Positions 25,737 through 39,072 are shown, counted from the first letter of the whole stretch. The stretch: 63,996 nt of DNA, filler included, from Circinaria calcarea (GCA_051942165.1; 5 parts of 5 records of this genome joined end to end with filler, not necessarily neighbours in it), one strand, 5' to 3'. Made by a program: numbers and translations. Notes: generated by a model not told the origin, from the sequence alone.

Positions 25737-25836
25737 NNNNNNNNNNNNNNNNNNNNNNNNNNNNNNNNNNNNNNNNNNNNTTAATTAATTAANNNNNNNN
25801 NNNNNNNNNNNNNNNNNNNNNNNNNNNNNNNNNNNN
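25737..25836. other. Artificial contig linker
   Basis: 44 N + TTAATTAATTAA + 44 N. Confidence 0.97.
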
Positions 25837-26240
25837 GTATCAGTGTTCTGTCGCGCGCGTGGTTTCCTTGGTTTCGGAGTCTTCTTGACCCCGTTCGTTG
25901 CGGGGCGCATAGGCAATTTCATGGCGGTGTTCGTCACTGTTTTTGACCTTTTCGCGGCTGGCTTCTTTGTTGTTGGCTTCAACTTTGAGGCTTTCTTTTT
26001 CCTTTCTTTTAACTCCTCTTCGTCTGGATCTCCTTCACTTTCGTCCGGGCTGCTCTCTTCTGCGTCCTCATCGTCCAGCTCGACCTCTACAGGCACAGCG
26101 CGTTTTCGCTTCCCATTACCAATGCTTCGAATTGCTATTTTGGGATCTTGTTGATACAGTGCTGGCTTCTGCGTTGCGCGCCCAGATCTCCGTCGATTGG
26201 TCGCGTCCATTTCTGACGTGGCTGGATCGGAGAGCTCCAT
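25837..26240 (-). CDS. 5' end of probable cohesin subunit Scc3/Psc3 (STAG); truncated by the contig end
   Basis: Disordered N-terminus RRRSGR..KP, KRKR, acidic tract DPDEEELKER, LPMRPATNG resembles Pezizomycotina Psc3 N-termini. The STAG domain itself is not present. Confidence 0.55.
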
Positions 26241-26659
26241 ACTCGACAGCCTGGCCGGCATTAGGGACTGTGCCAGTAGTACTTGAGAAATCGAAACCGA
26301 GTCCACGCGCGAAACGAGAAGGTTGTTATACTGCACGGTGGTGTAACACAAACTTCAAAAGGCAATACGTAGAGTACATCGAGTTACGTGACGAAAAAAC
26401 CCCGATACCGTTCGTTAGCGTGTCAAACCGGAAGATCATCTCGGGCCGTGCAGGGGCATCGGAAGAACTGGGGTGGAACTACTGGCTGCTAATTCCCAAT
26501 TCGCCCGTGACCGCGATATGGACTTCCCCAACATCGGCCATTGGTATTGCTGAAATAGCTCCTTTGGCTTTTCAATTTCGACATACCGTTGAGCCTTCAT
26601 GAGCACATGACTCGCGCAGCCCTAATGCGCCAATTGTCCGCCCACCGCTACTCCTAATC

Positions 26660-27694
26660 ATGCCTGCTTCTCTTTTCGCCCCATCCAACTCCAAGCCCGG
26701 GCAAGGGGTAGTCCATCTCACTCTCCTCCCACCTGCTACCCCAACCTTTAGCACTCTGGCCTATGCCTATCCCCTCAAACTCCTCCCCTCCGCTCCCCAC
26801 ATCCTCGGCCCCGTTAACTCTCCTTCGTCAACCTCCGCTTCCACCAACACGACTTCTCACACACCCCTCCGCCCGACCCTAGTCCCCCTCCTCTTCCTCC
26901 TCTCCTACGGTGGCGGCCTCCTTCCCCCAGATGTACTGTCTTTGAAAGTTACCCTGTCCCCCTCCACCCGCCTTGTCGTCACCACCCAAGGTTCCACAAA
27001 GATCTTCCCTCCGCCGCCGTCCCTGCCCCAGTCTTCCGCTTCCCAGTATCTTCACGCTCATATCTCCGCACACGCTGCCCTGTGGCTGGCTCCGGACCCG
27101 GCCCAGCCGTTCCGAGGGAGTAGGTACAGCCAGAGGCAGGTCTTTGAGGTAGATGCCAACGGTGGGAGCGTTGGCGTTGTCGATTGGGTTTGCGAGGGGA
27201 GGAGGGCGAGAGGGGAGAGCTGGAGAGATGTGGGTGGTTGGAGGGGTGGTAATGAAGTCTGGAGGGTCCGGAAAGATGACGACGGGAGGAAGTTGGTGGT
27301 TCGAGACAATGTGGTCCTTGAAGGAGATGATATAGGAGGGAGAATGGAAGGTGTGGGGGTGTTCGGGACGATTCTTCTCATGGGCCGGCTGTTTGAGAGC
27401 CTGGGCGGGTTCTTCCTGGAGGAATTCAATGCGCTACCACGGATTGGCGGGAGGGACTGGGGCGACATAAAGGCGGGAGAGGTAAGCGGGAGAGAGAAGC
27501 GAAGAAAGGAGAGATGGAAGGCGGAGAAAGAAGATGGGGTTTGGTGGACGACAGCGAGTGTCAGAGGCTGTGTGCTAATCAAGTTTGGAGCTAGGGAAGT
27601 TGAAGGAGCAAGGAAATGGCTGCGATGGATGCTCATTGAGGAGGGGAGTATTGGTAGGGAATTTGGAGATGGCGGGCTCATGTTTGCGAAATGA
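26660..27694 (+). CDS. ureD: Urease accessory protein UreD
   Basis: Intronless 344 aa; YPLKL, LFLLSYGGGL, TTQGSTKIF, PDP.QPF..S.Y.Q.Q.F, DWVCEGRRARGESW. Confidence 0.93.
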   Translation: MPASLFAPSNSKPGQGVVHLTLLPPATPTFSTLAYAYPLKLLPSAPHILGPVNSPSSTSASTNTTSHTPLRPTLVPLLFLLSYGGGLLPPDVLSLKVTLSPSTRLVVTTQGSTKIFPPPPSLPQSSASQYLHAHISAHAALWLAPDPAQPFRGSRYSQRQVFEVDANGGSVGVVDWVCEGRRARGESWRDVGGWRGGNEVWRVRKDDDGRKLVVRDNVVLEGDDIGGRMEGVGVFGTILLMGRLFESLGGFFLEEFNALPRIGGRDWGDIKAGEVSGREKRRKERWKAEKEDGVWWTTASVRGCVLIKFGAREVEGARKWLRWMLIEEGSIGREFGDGGLMFAK

Positions 27695-27950
27695 TACGGA
27701 ATGGGTATTTTAACCCGTCGCCTTTTACCAATATGGTTGGGGACAACCACCCTTTTTGGTGACTGTGCACGGAACGGCAAGTACCAATATCTCCATTCTA
27801 ATTCTATTTTGGGTAAGAAGCCTTCATGAGGACTATCAATACAGGACTCTCTTAGTCTGCAATCGCCTCTTAAATATTCTAAGTTGCGAGGTGCCATTGC
27901 TATGCAAAGATAGACTAGCACCTTCCTCGTTGCGCAAGCAAGTGCCACCA

Positions 27951-30065
27951 TCACTCGAACATGGTCGACCACTCAGGTGTCACAACGAATCCTCCGGTGA
28001 CCTGACCCAACGAGAGTCCAGCATTGCGTGCTTTTACCCTAGTTGCTTCGGCAGCCTCTTGGTTGATTGCTGAAGGTCTGTGGTTCAGCAGCAATACCTC
28101 TTGCAATAACTCGGCCTCAGCTCCCTTTCCAAGCTCGTGGTCCATACCTCCCCAGGAGATAATAACCTTCCCAGATTCGTAGATCGTAAGTCTGCCAATC
28201 TTACCTTCGACGTCAAATCTATTCTTGCCTTTGAATGCATTTGAAGCCTTGGCACTTAAAACAACAGGATCCCCTTCTTCGGCCTTGATCACTGGGTCGG
28301 TTGTTTTGGATATCCCCGCTGATGTTGAGTCTCTCGGCAAAGCCTTTGGTGGAACAGTCGGCGCATTTTCCGCGGTAGGTTTGTCGGCAGACTCTACCTT
28401 AGTAGCTTCATTAATGGCGTCGACAAGTTTGGGAATAACGGGTGGGAATTGGAATAAATAGACCATGTCTAGTCTCCTATCCTTCTTTTCCTCTGAAGCA
28501 TCTTTCATTGGAAGATCACCTTCAGCATCTTTTGCTGCTGGTACAGGGACGAAACCTGATCCCATCGATCCGAGCTCTTCTGTGAGGGCTTTGATATCGT
28601 TCTCAAATCGTTCCCATTCTTGCCGATCCTCCTCTGTTTGAAGTACGGGTTTTTTGCCTCGGAAGCCAGCTTTACCTCTTCGGCTGATCTTTGAAGGCAA
28701 TGGACGCCCATCTTTTTTTGGCCCTCTGGGCATTGGTCTTGGTTTAGGCTTAGGGGAGGTTTCTCTGGGTTTAGTCATAGACTTATCTACAGCCATAACC
28801 GAGGTACCTGTTGAATCAACAATCATGGCATTGTCATCATCTTTGGGCTCCTCCTTGATCTTTATATCATCCTTGCTATCTTCCTCGTCTTGAAAAACGC
28901 CCTTCCACTTCCTTTCGTCCCGTACAAACTCAACGTCTTTATGCTTTGCTTTAACTTTCTTTTGGTTCTTCCCGGGGGATTTGTTCTCCTCTTCGTTCGG
29001 TAGAAACAAGCTTCCTTCTGCTTCGCCTTTCGCCCTCGCCCTGCGCCGTAATTCTGCAGATGTAAGGGAACTCGCATCGGTGTTGACGCCCACAGTACGC
29101 TCCACATGCTCTTGACGATCCAACCGGACAGGTCTGGAAGTCCAGCCCGGTGGTTTTGGGTTCTTCAGGCCTCCCTTGCTTTTGATCGTCTTAGAGTTGT
29201 AGTCGATCTCTTGATCGCTAAGTAGGTTGATGTGCTCGATATTGATGCGTGGTCCGTTTACCCCATCCGACTCTGACTCCGAGGAAATATACAATGGATC
29301 GTGATCTTCGTTTTTGATCTTGGTTCCTCCTATCTTTGCCGAATCAGGCTTCGAACCAGCCATTGCAGACCCTTCCGTTTTGACAACTGGCTCATTCTTC
29401 ACCCCTGAAGATGATTCGGTATAGGACGATGCGTAGCCTCCACGAGAGCCTTTTCCCTTCTTCGGAACGGGCGCGGTTGTCATGCTCAGGGGGCCACTTG
29501 CTTGACCAACGCCACGTCTCTCGGTCCTCCATCCACTCATACCTCCACGGAAACCAGCCCGTGACGCACCTCGTCCTCCTCCCCGGCCGTACTGACCTCC
29601 TCTAACATTTGCATCGTCTCTGCTTGCTGCGTAGCTTGCCTGCCTCCGTTCTTCCTCCACTCGATCTTGTGCCTCTCGCTCTTCCTTGCTGCGTCGGAGG
29701 ACGGCTTTTTTAGGCTGTATTTTCAATCCAGCAGGCCGACTATTGGATACACCAGGAACAGAAGATGTTGGACCAGCTGCGGGGCCCGACCGTCTGTGTA
29801 GAGAGTCGAGCCGTTGAGCAGAGCGTCGAGCAGGTGAAGCGGTAGATGAAGCAGTAGAGGTTGAAGTTGGTATTTGGCTTGTAGGAAATGATGGTTGCAT
29901 TGGTCTATCTTGCAATGTTTGTTTAAGTGTCAAGGCATTTTGACTTACATCCTGGCTTTCATCGACAGTACCTTTCGGCCATGGTGCGCGTTGTGGTTCT
30001 TCTATCGAAGACTGAACAACATTGCGTTGAGGCGGCTGCTGCTTTGGCTGAGCTTTTGGGGGCAT
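27951..30065 (-). CDS. RPC53: RNA polymerase III subunit RPC4 (C53)
   Basis: 704 aa, disordered N-terminus with K..PK..RRSKEERE; C-terminal YLFQFPP..P, GKIGRL.IY.SGKV...WGG, SLGQV.GGFVVTPEW. Confidence 0.88.
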   Translation of the reverse strand: MPPKAQPKQQPPQRNVVQSSIEEPQRAPWPKGTVDESQDVSQNALTLKQTLQDRPMQPSFPTSQIPTSTSTASSTASPARRSAQRLDSLHRRSGPAAGPTSSVPGVSNSRPAGLKIQPKKAVLRRSKEEREAQDRVEEERRQASYAASRDDANVRGGQYGRGGGRGASRAGFRGGMSGWRTERRGVGQASGPLSMTTAPVPKKGKGSRGGYASSYTESSSGVKNEPVVKTEGSAMAGSKPDSAKIGGTKIKNEDHDPLYISSESESDGVNGPRINIEHINLLSDQEIDYNSKTIKSKGGLKNPKPPGWTSRPVRLDRQEHVERTVGVNTDASSLTSAELRRRARAKGEAEGSLFLPNEEENKSPGKNQKKVKAKHKDVEFVRDERKWKGVFQDEEDSKDDIKIKEEPKDDDNAMIVDSTGTSVMAVDKSMTKPRETSPKPKPRPMPRGPKKDGRPLPSKISRRGKAGFRGKKPVLQTEEDRQEWERFENDIKALTEELGSMGSGFVPVPAAKDAEGDLPMKDASEEKKDRRLDMVYLFQFPPVIPKLVDAINEATKVESADKPTAENAPTVPPKALPRDSTSAGISKTTDPVIKAEEGDPVVLSAKASNAFKGKNRFDVEGKIGRLTIYESGKVIISWGGMDHELGKGAEAELLQEVLLLNHRPSAINQEAAEATRVKARNAGLSLGQVTGGFVVTPEWSTMFE

Positions 30066-31327
30066 GATGAGGAATGAATGCAGAGAGAGATTTGGTCGTA
30101 ACCTTTAACCGGTGGGAGCGTTGTATCCCGGAGGACCGGGAGGGGGGAGGGGCCCGCACGTACGGAGAGAGAGTTAGCTAAGAACGTGTATGTGTCTTTC
30201 ATCTATGCGACTGCAATAACACTCGTGGTGGGGTCCAAAGCCCCATTGGTACTCCGTACTCGAATCACCATTACCCCACCACGCTATCGCGGCTATCCGC
30301 GTCTAAAAGCTGTAGGATCTCCGGTACAGCGGCTTTAGCGTTCCCGCGGCTCACCAGCATTAGTTTCAGATTAACGACCCTGAAACCAACCTATCAGCAC
30401 CCAGGACTAATTGATCCCCTTTTTAGTGAAGAATTCTACCAGAGGCGCCTTTTGTATCAAATCATGGTTATAACGTCTCAAGCGGAGTCTTACTTAATGG
30501 ATCAGTACACTTTTGGCTCGCGTAACGAGAGCTAGGAGCAAGAACTCTACCTGGATGCCAGCAGAATAGGATATTAAGTGGTTTACAGAAAATTCTCGCG
30601 AGAAACAGCTCGCAGGTTTCAGGGATTGTCAAAATTCGACATAGTGAAAGTCACCCCAGAATTGCTCCAGGAGATCGATCACTTCCGTGCAAACACAGAC
30701 AGCAATGGTGAAAAGCTTTATGTTTTCGCTATCTGAGGAGTAAAGCCGGCTGTCATGTGTCTGCCCTCATTATACTCGACAAAATATCCTCCACTACCAA
30801 ACAAGACAGACAGACTTTTGGCTGAGGGAGAAAGCAACGATCCCAAAACCAGGTTTGAATTAAAAACACAGGCGGAACGCTGGCAGTCCTTATGCTGATC
30901 CAACTAGCATGGGAGGATGACAGGAGAGCCAGAGCCCCAATTTAAAGGAACACAATCGTGTAAATCGCATTACTTCGCGAACAAGACAGCGATGACAACC
31001 CAGTGAAATGAAACTCAAACCACATACACGGAAGTGAACGAGGACGTCCTGTGAACCAACCCCACGACCTCAATACCAACCCAATCCGCACTCCGGAAGT
31101 GCAAATTAGAATGTTCCCAGGACGTCGAGACAACACACCACAAGATAGCTACTGCCATTACAAATTGTAGTATTCCGAAAATCAAAGAGGATAAGCAATG
31201 ACAAAGAGCCCGGTAACCGTTGGCGTGTCTTGTGCGCTGCGCCAGGAATTGCGGTCAAAATCAGCAAATCTCTTTGATTGAGTCATCCATCCGGCCACCC
31301 CTTCCTTGCTGCATGTCGCAGCGGTCC

Positions 31328-33619
31328 TTATCTCTTTCTCTTCTTGCTTTTTTCAGAGTTGCCTGGTCCTCCAGCCATATCCGTGAGTATAGCTCCGGCA
31401 GTTTGAGAATCACTATCGGGGACGTAGCCTTCACTACCCTTTTTTACAGGAACCCCCATGTGGCGTCCGTAACGGCCCTTGCGGCCATTACCCTCGTCTT
31501 CACTGACACAGCCTTCGATGCCGATACCGGCATCTTTGCATCTCTGACATGGGCGTTGCCTGTCACATCCCTTCTTACTCTTCCTGCATCGCTGGCACCG
31601 TGGCTTAGAGGACAAATCATCCTCATCAACGCCAAGTTGGTGCTGAAAGTTGAGTGTCGATGCGGATGATGTCTTGCGGGACTGCGTTGGTAGCGAAGCG
31701 GGTGATATGGGCGGCTGGGCTCCCGATGACACAAATGGCTTGGTCTTCTTCATCTGAACAACGGAGGGAGTCTTTGATGCCTTAGAAAGCTTGGTAGGAG
31801 CACCTCCTGTGCGTGCTTTCTTCGTCCCAGCATTGGCAGACTTAGCCTTGACGAACTTAGGCTTAGCCACCGAACCAATGCCTTTGACCGTTTCATCCTG
31901 ATCGCTCTTGATTAGGCCCTCTTTCTTCTCATCATATTCATATTCATCATCGACCTCGCCACCACTAATCTCAGTACTGTCGAAGCTAGGTAAGCTGTCG
32001 TGGACAGCTTTGCGCTGCCTTTTGACAGGGCCAAGCGAGCTGCGAGCAGATTCCGATTTTACTTGCGGTTGGTTCGGTGGCAATCTTGGCTGTTCTGTTG
32101 TATCACTTTCATTCTCACTCTCGCTTGTCACGGACGACGCAGCGTCAGCACGTCCACTAAAGGCATCGTCGAAGGTTGATGCCGAAGTTCGTCCGTGGGA
32201 GATATTCGACGCGTCCCCGAGACGCATCAACTGCAAAGCAACGTCCTCATCGGAGATGCAGCTGGCAATTGTTGGGTCTGGCGTTGGAAGAATACCAGCG
32301 CCGTTTGGACGAGGGACGTTCCCTGAAGATGATCGAGTAGCGATCTGAGGACCATTGGCGTTAGTACGATCACGCAGCCGATGGCCATGATGGTTAGCGG
32401 TAGGTACTGCAAATGGGCTGCCGCCGCCACTACCGCTACCACCTTGCGGGAGGGCTCCTTGCAGATTATCATTATAACCGTAATTCTGGGGAGAGTGCAG
32501 GGGCTGGCTATAAGCAAATGTGCGCTGTGTTGGTCGAGCGAAAGGCGATGGGTTATCTAGTCCGTTAGAACGGCGTTGTGGTGAAATGGACGAGATCGAA
32601 TTGGGCGCAGGTACTTGTGGAGGTACAAAAAGAGGCAGTTCCTTTGAGAACAGTGATTGTTAGCTCAGTAATCCTGTCAGGCAGTTACTGATCATCGCTC
32701 TACTTACGGAACTTTCGAACTTCGCCCTCTTTCTCCTGTTACCTTCAAGAATGTTGTCAAGGCTGATTTCGGCGCTGGCTAACTGTTCACTCCTCGCCTT
32801 ACGTGAACTGGACACCGATCCAGCTCCGCCGTCACTATCGCTGTAGCCATTGACAGTGTCGCTATGTAGTTCTTCCAAAGTCCCTTGGAAACTGTTGCCT
32901 TGGCTCTTCGCTCCAGAGCGAGAGCGTAGCTTCTGCGCAGATGTACTCCGAGCCCCCCTTCCTAATCGCGGTGATGCGCTTTGTTTTCGCGAAACTCGAG
33001 ATGCTGGACGAGATGGCGGTTGACCGTAGTGTAGGATTTGTGCAGGTTGGGGCGGTAACATTTGTAGGGCATCATCGGGATGAGGCGTTTTAGATGGCGA
33101 ACCAGGTTGATAACCCATCGGGCCTCGGGTATTAAAGTGAGGGGAGTAATCCTGAATAACCCGGACTTTGACAACCATATTGTTCTTAAAATTCTCATAT
33201 CTCGCAATGAGTGTGTTGCCCTGATCGTCCTCAAAGCTAACGCCCTTTGCAGCCCCTTCATAAATACCGTAGAAGTTTTTGACGGTGGTGACAATGGAGT
33301 CGGTAGTGTCGTGAGGGAAGATTTGGACTCGCATAGGCAAGCGAGCCCGATAATTGGAAGCCCCGTCGAGGTGTAGCTCGAATGCCACATTCTTCGGCGT
33401 TGGATTAACTGGCGAGACACTGTAGGCAGGGAGTCCACCCACAGCACCCGAACCGAAATATTGGTTTTCAGGCGCTGTTGCGTAGCCTTTGTCGAGCGAG
33501 TTATTAGCAGACATTGAGCGCCGAGTGGAATATTGGTGAGTATGGGTCTGGCTTTTGTCGGTCGTTTGATCGTGCGGTTGCTGGGCGGCTTCATGCGTGA
33601 GCATGTTCGAAACGTCCAT
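31328..33619 (-). CDS. Zn(II)2Cys6 transcription factor with C-terminal binuclear cluster; 2 exons
   Basis: Exon 1 has RARLPMRVQIFPHDTTDSIVTTVKNFYG and NRRKRAKFESS; intron at about 32705-32643; C-terminal CQRCRKSKKGCDRQRPCQRCKDAGIGIEGC. Confidence 0.88.
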
Positions 33620-36379
33620 TATAATATCTTCTTTTCAAGCTGTGTGATAGCGATGTATTCGAATACTCCAGAGTAAGTGATATGGCTGCAGCGATCGAAC
33701 TCGAGAGAGTGGAGGTCTTGTCGCAAAAGCTGCCTTTGTCGAAGGAGAGAATCTTGACACCTACAATTGAGAGAGGATCAGCTCACACATATATTTTCGA
33801 CGTCTTATGAATAGCGAACATCGTCGCAGTGTACACACAAACATATGGTAGCAAAATGGATGAGTCCCCCTTCTTTAGTTTGACGGTGTAGAGACCGCCT
33901 TCGCGAAGCGCCAGGACAGTGATAGAGGGAGGGAAGGGGATGTTATCGTAGCAGAAGCAAGATCGCATACCTATATGAGGTTGACTCCAGCTTCGGAAAA
34001 GAGATACGGATGACCTGGTGTGGCTATCCAGGCGATCTTCTCTGCGCCTTTGGGATATCCTAGGCAAGAGAAGGGCGTCAGCGTCCCAAGCATTCCTCAA
34101 GGGTGCTTGAGGTTTGTGGATGGACTTCTAGTTATGCGAAGATTCAGGTTGACGATGGTGATCTGTACTTACTTCCAGATAGCAGTGATGAATGTTACTA
34201 TCGAAGCTTGGCCGGGGGAGGATGTGGATGGGAGGAGAGACGAAGGTCCGAAGTGTGAAGTGCAACGTAGCGAAGGGTTCCACACCCAACAGTCTGCAGA
34301 GCGGTACTGCAGGAGATTGAGATCCGATGCGCACACAATAGAAAGGCCGAAAGGTTCAGCTGATGATCGCAGTCAACAGATGCGCAGTCGAATGGCTCCG
34401 AAACGGCTGAAGAGGGACGGCCAGGTGCGATATCAAAGAGAAAGTGGTTAAACGATTTTGGCTGGACTTGGACCAACTGATCACGTACGCCCCCCAGGCC
34501 GATTGCGAGCCAAGTGCACCAAATCCGCCCCTTCGCACAGTCAAGCCTCGACAAAGGAGAAGTTTGGTTAGCACATGTACCATCGAAACAGTCTCAACAT
34601 GCCCCGTAGAGATTGGTCTGCTGTGGATTCACTATACTACCTTACAGCGTCTGGGGCCATGGACCAGAGGACTAGAGAAAGCGGAGGACCCCTCACAGCA
34701 TCAATCGGACCAATGATCCCAAGTCTACGCATGCATGCCCGAGCAGCGTTTACAGGCCAATGCACAAAAGCTACCTATGCGCAAAACTGATCATGACAAT
34801 ACCGCTGGAGCAATCCTCTCTCGTCCAGGCAGAGACATTACTGCCGTCCTACCTTCCTCTGCTGACCATGCGCCAGATGGAACAGTACGGGAGTCCACCA
34901 ACGCCCAATCATCAAGATTCGTTACACATCACATTCGAAAATGAAGACACACCGTCTCCCCGTACCATCCCGACTCCTGCTCTCCCGCACCACCACCGGG
35001 GTCTCACTTCTTCGCTCGGCCGGGATTGAGCCCAGGTCTTGGGGCTGCAGTCGCAACGATAACAAGTACAGTGTATGAAGAACGAGGGAGAGATGCCTTC
35101 AGTCGTCCGAACATGGAGCGGCGATGGCGATGCATTTCAACCTCTTCCCCCAAGGATCTGCACGCCATCGCACACACTAAAAGCCGGCTCGATGGCTCGA
35201 TGGCTCGATGGCCCTTCTCCGCCAAACCGACTAAAATTCATATAAGATACGAGCTCGTCATGCATAGGTAGCTAAAAGTGTGTAGGGTAGTCTCCGAACA
35301 TCCGCGTCTGGACGGGCTTTCGGCATCCAGGGCATATCTTACCTTAAGGTACTCTCCTTATCACCTGTGATAGATGGCGCATATCGTAGCGTGATAGACA
35401 ACTCTGTTTTCCGTCCAAGGGGGACGGCCGCACCCTCAGCGTTTCGTTGCCAAATACTCGAGTTCCGACCCAAAGCGCTACAGTACGTATTGTTTGTACG
35501 GAGTAGATGACTGGTTTAGGCGTCCGGCTTTCCCGAGCTACTTGGCATGGTGCTCATCCTAGAATGTCTTTGTAGTTTCACGTTTCAGCTGGGCCAAGGT
35601 CGAATCGCTCGAAGAGGGGTCATCATCGGCGGTTATCCCACTCCTGAACCGATTCCGGTTTCAAGCCAGTGCTTCCGCGAGAATGACTCTGCAACGATGG
35701 AGGCCGTATTCCGCTGTCCTTGATGTCCCAACACTGCGAAAAGTGGGAACGCCCGGCGCAGGAACCGCATCACGTGACTGGTGTCCATTTCGTGTCTTGG
35801 AGCAGCAGCTGCGACGCGTAAAGCGGCCATATCGTCAGAGAGCCCACGATATGTTGGCACAAGGGCATAGGAGCACTTGTGTGGTTAAGAAGTTAATGGT
35901 CGGTTCATGGTAGTCAAATGCGGATTGAGTGCAACCTCTTTCTGCATAGCTACTGCCTGTATCGTGGCTTGGGAAGCATTTCATCGTCTCTTGGGTGACG
36001 CGACTGTTTACTTCCCCCAAGCCCGCTTTGCATCGAGGGACCGTGCCAAGGCCAGCTAGCGCTAGCGTCGCAACCAAGCGACTGAGCTCTCTATCTTTAC
36101 TCCCCTACTTTTAGTTTGTTTACTCGACTGTGTCCTCCATCCCGCAGCACTCTTAAAGGAGCAACCTTAACCACGGCCATTGTTACTCGCGTTTGACTTT
36201 GTCTATCTCGAAGCAGACTGCATATCGCACAAAGTACTGGGTATTAAACTTCTTGCTGCAGTGATCGTGTGGTTTGTTGACGCGATCTGGAAACAGGAGT
36301 CGACTGGCGACTGCAACAGCTCCCCTTTCCTGGGACTGTCTCGAGCTTCCGTCTGAAAAGTATCAACGCGTGATCCAAG

Positions 36380-38613
36380 ATGGACGCCAAAGTAAGTTGA
36401 TCCTATGCGATGACAGTATAGCTGCTTGGTACGACTCAAGCTTCCTGTCCTTGAACGTCGCGAATTCGAATAATTGCTGTCCCCCTCAGAGAAGTCATGT
36501 TTCGCATCATTCACTCTCCAACCCTAACTATGAATATCATTTTGAAAAACCCGGCTTACTAACCATTGTTTCTCAATAGCCCCAACGGCCCATCCGGGCG
36601 CTTCGCGTGCATGGTGACGAGAACATACCCGCTGTGGCACCCGGACAGAAGACTCTACACTCACGCAACAAGTCGAGTCCGGCATTATCGACAATGGCCA
36701 ATGCTGGTGGGCTTAAAGCCGCAATAAAGCGTAGCGCCTTCGGGGAAATTAGCAATACTGTCAATGCCAATCGACCGAGTCGAGATGACTCGGTCCTTCC
36801 TGTCAAAGCTGGATACGAGGTCAACGAGAAGAGCATAATACTGCAGCAAGAAAAGAAAGCCACGGCGCTGTCACGCCCGGCCCAACGTCCAATGTCTGTT
36901 GCGGGCACCAAAGGACTGCTAAATACTGTCACGAATTTCAGTACCATGGGTGCAGCAAAATCAGTACTCACTGACTCACAGCAATCAATCCTACCTACAA
37001 ACACGCGCAAGGTCCTTTCGAAACGCAACACCACCATCTTCAAGGACGTCTCTGCTATACAGCCAGAGAAAGATGTTTCTGATCTGATCAGACCTTTGTC
37101 CACCAAAGCCACCGTTGCAACTGTTCATCGTGATCCAAATTCCCGACAACAACAACAACAACAACAACAACAGGCACCAACAGAAATATCTGAAGGGCCA
37201 CAACCAAAGCTTCGGAGAACGCAGAGCAGCCATGTTGTGAAGACAGAACCGCATGCCAAGATTGCCGAACCATCGAACGTACCTGTGGCCTTGGAAGAAA
37301 GCACCACATTTCGTTCAGATGGGGTCTATATTGATGACGACGGCAATGTCCAGCTCTGCGAGTACACAGACGAAACGGATCGAGCGGAAACAGTTCCATC
37401 ACTCTCTGAAACTGACAATGGCGTCATTCTCCCCAAGGAGGTGATTGTCGCCAGTCATGAGGCCCAGGCTGGTCAGTTATTGGACAAGCAAATCGAGACC
37501 ACAGAACCAGAATTTGCTCGAAAACATGCCCTCCCTTCTGTTTCAGAACCGGAAGAGTACTGGGATGAAGAAGAATATGAAGAACACTATGATGACGAGG
37601 GTTATGTCACCGCTCGCTCTTGCAAGTCCCGGTCGGACAATACCACTGTTCTGTTCCCTAAGGTGAATGTTAAAGTGAAGAAGGAGCTTGCAGCGGCCAA
37701 GATCTTGATTGAGAGTACAAGGACACAGGAAGAAATAGAAGATGAGGCCTGGGATACAAGCATGGTTGCAGAGTACGGTGATGAGATATTTCAGTACATG
37801 AAGGAATTGGAGGTAAATCAATTCTTCAGCTAACAATAGAGTGAGACTGACCTTGAACAAACAGATCAAGATGCTGCCCAACGCTCACTACATGGACAAT
37901 CAGGCGGAGATTCAGTGGTCCATGCGGTCGGTACTGATGGATTGGCTCGTGCAAGTTCATCATCGATTCGGGCTCCTTCCCGAGACCCTATTTCTTTGCG
38001 TCAACTATATCGACCGGTTTCTGTCGTGCAAGATCGTTTCCCTTGGCAAGCTTCAACTCGTTGGTGCAACTGCCATCTTTGTAGCTGCCAAGTATGAGGA
38101 GATCAATTGTCCATCGGTCCAAGAGATTGTCTACATGGTCGATGGGGGCTACAGCGTCGATGAGATCCTCAAGGCCGAACGCTTTATGCTGAGTATGCTG
38201 CAATTCGAACTAGGATGGCCGGGACCAATGAGTTTTTTGAGAAGAATTAGCAAAGCGGATGATTACGATCTAGAGACGCGGACTCTTGCCAAGTACTTTT
38301 TGGAAATCACAATCATGGATGAACGATTCGTCGGAAGTCCCCCCAGCTATGTCTCTGCAGGCGCGCATTGCCTTTCACGCATGATGTTAAAGAAGGGTAG
38401 TTGGGTAAGAAAACTGCACTCCTAAAGTATCTACACTACTGACATACCCTAGTCACCAGCACATGTCTATTACTCCAACTATACCTACTCGCAGCTCTAC
38501 ACTCTGGTTTTGTTGATGGTCGAATGTTGCGAGAGCCCTCAGAAGCATCATGGCGCCATCTTCGACAAGTACACTGACAAACGGTATAAGCGCGCGTCGC
38601 AGTTCGTGGAGAG
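36380..38613 (+). CDS. G2/M B-type cyclin (Clb3/Clb4-like); 3' end truncated by the contig end
   Basis: Micro-exon MDAK 36380-36391, intron to 36579; D-box RSAFGEISN; MVAEYGDEIF; cyclin box MRSVLMDWLVQVH..LLPETLFLCVNYIDRFLS..LQLVG..AAKYEE. Confidence 0.93.
37147..37173 (+). repeat. (CAA)8CAG polyglutamine microsatellite in the cyclin
   Basis: Read directly; encodes Q9. Confidence 0.9.
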
Positions 38614-38713
38614 NNNNNNNNNNNNNNNNNNNNNNNNNNNNNNNNNNNNNNNNNNNNTTAATTAATTAANNNNNNNNNNNNNNNNNNNNNNNNNNNNNNN
38701 NNNNNNNNNNNNN
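38614..38713. other. Artificial contig linker
   Basis: 44 N + TTAATTAATTAA + 44 N. Confidence 0.97.
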
Positions 38714-39072
38714 GAGTAAAAAGGAGGGAAGGGGGAAGGAGGTTTAAAAGAGAGAATAATATTATTTAATCTTTTGCTAGCTTTACAGCACATTACTGGC
38801 CGGTCACACTTCATGGGAAAACTGGCTTAGGAGATTCACCCCTTTTCGGATGGATTGAATTGCAGTTGAACACAGCTGTCTCACTTGTATCCACCGAAAC
38901 TGCAACTGATAAATGCACTTCGGCCGTAATTCCCTTGGTAGGCGGGACTGCCCGCGGTGCCGGTGATTTTGGGTGAGAAGATGATCCGAAATGAAGCAGC
39001 TCGCCATCCAACAGGTTTGGCGGCGTGGCTGGCCAGATAATGATAGTGGAGAGCTCCTTTTCCTACAAGGAC

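Noticed and set aside
27058..27972. 304-aa antisense ORF
   Set aside because: Shadow of ureD caused by compositional skew; low-complexity S/P/L content with no motif.
33783..36300. Many short ORFs between the C6 factor and the cyclin
   Set aside because: Random-like translations; more likely a long divergent promoter/UTR region.
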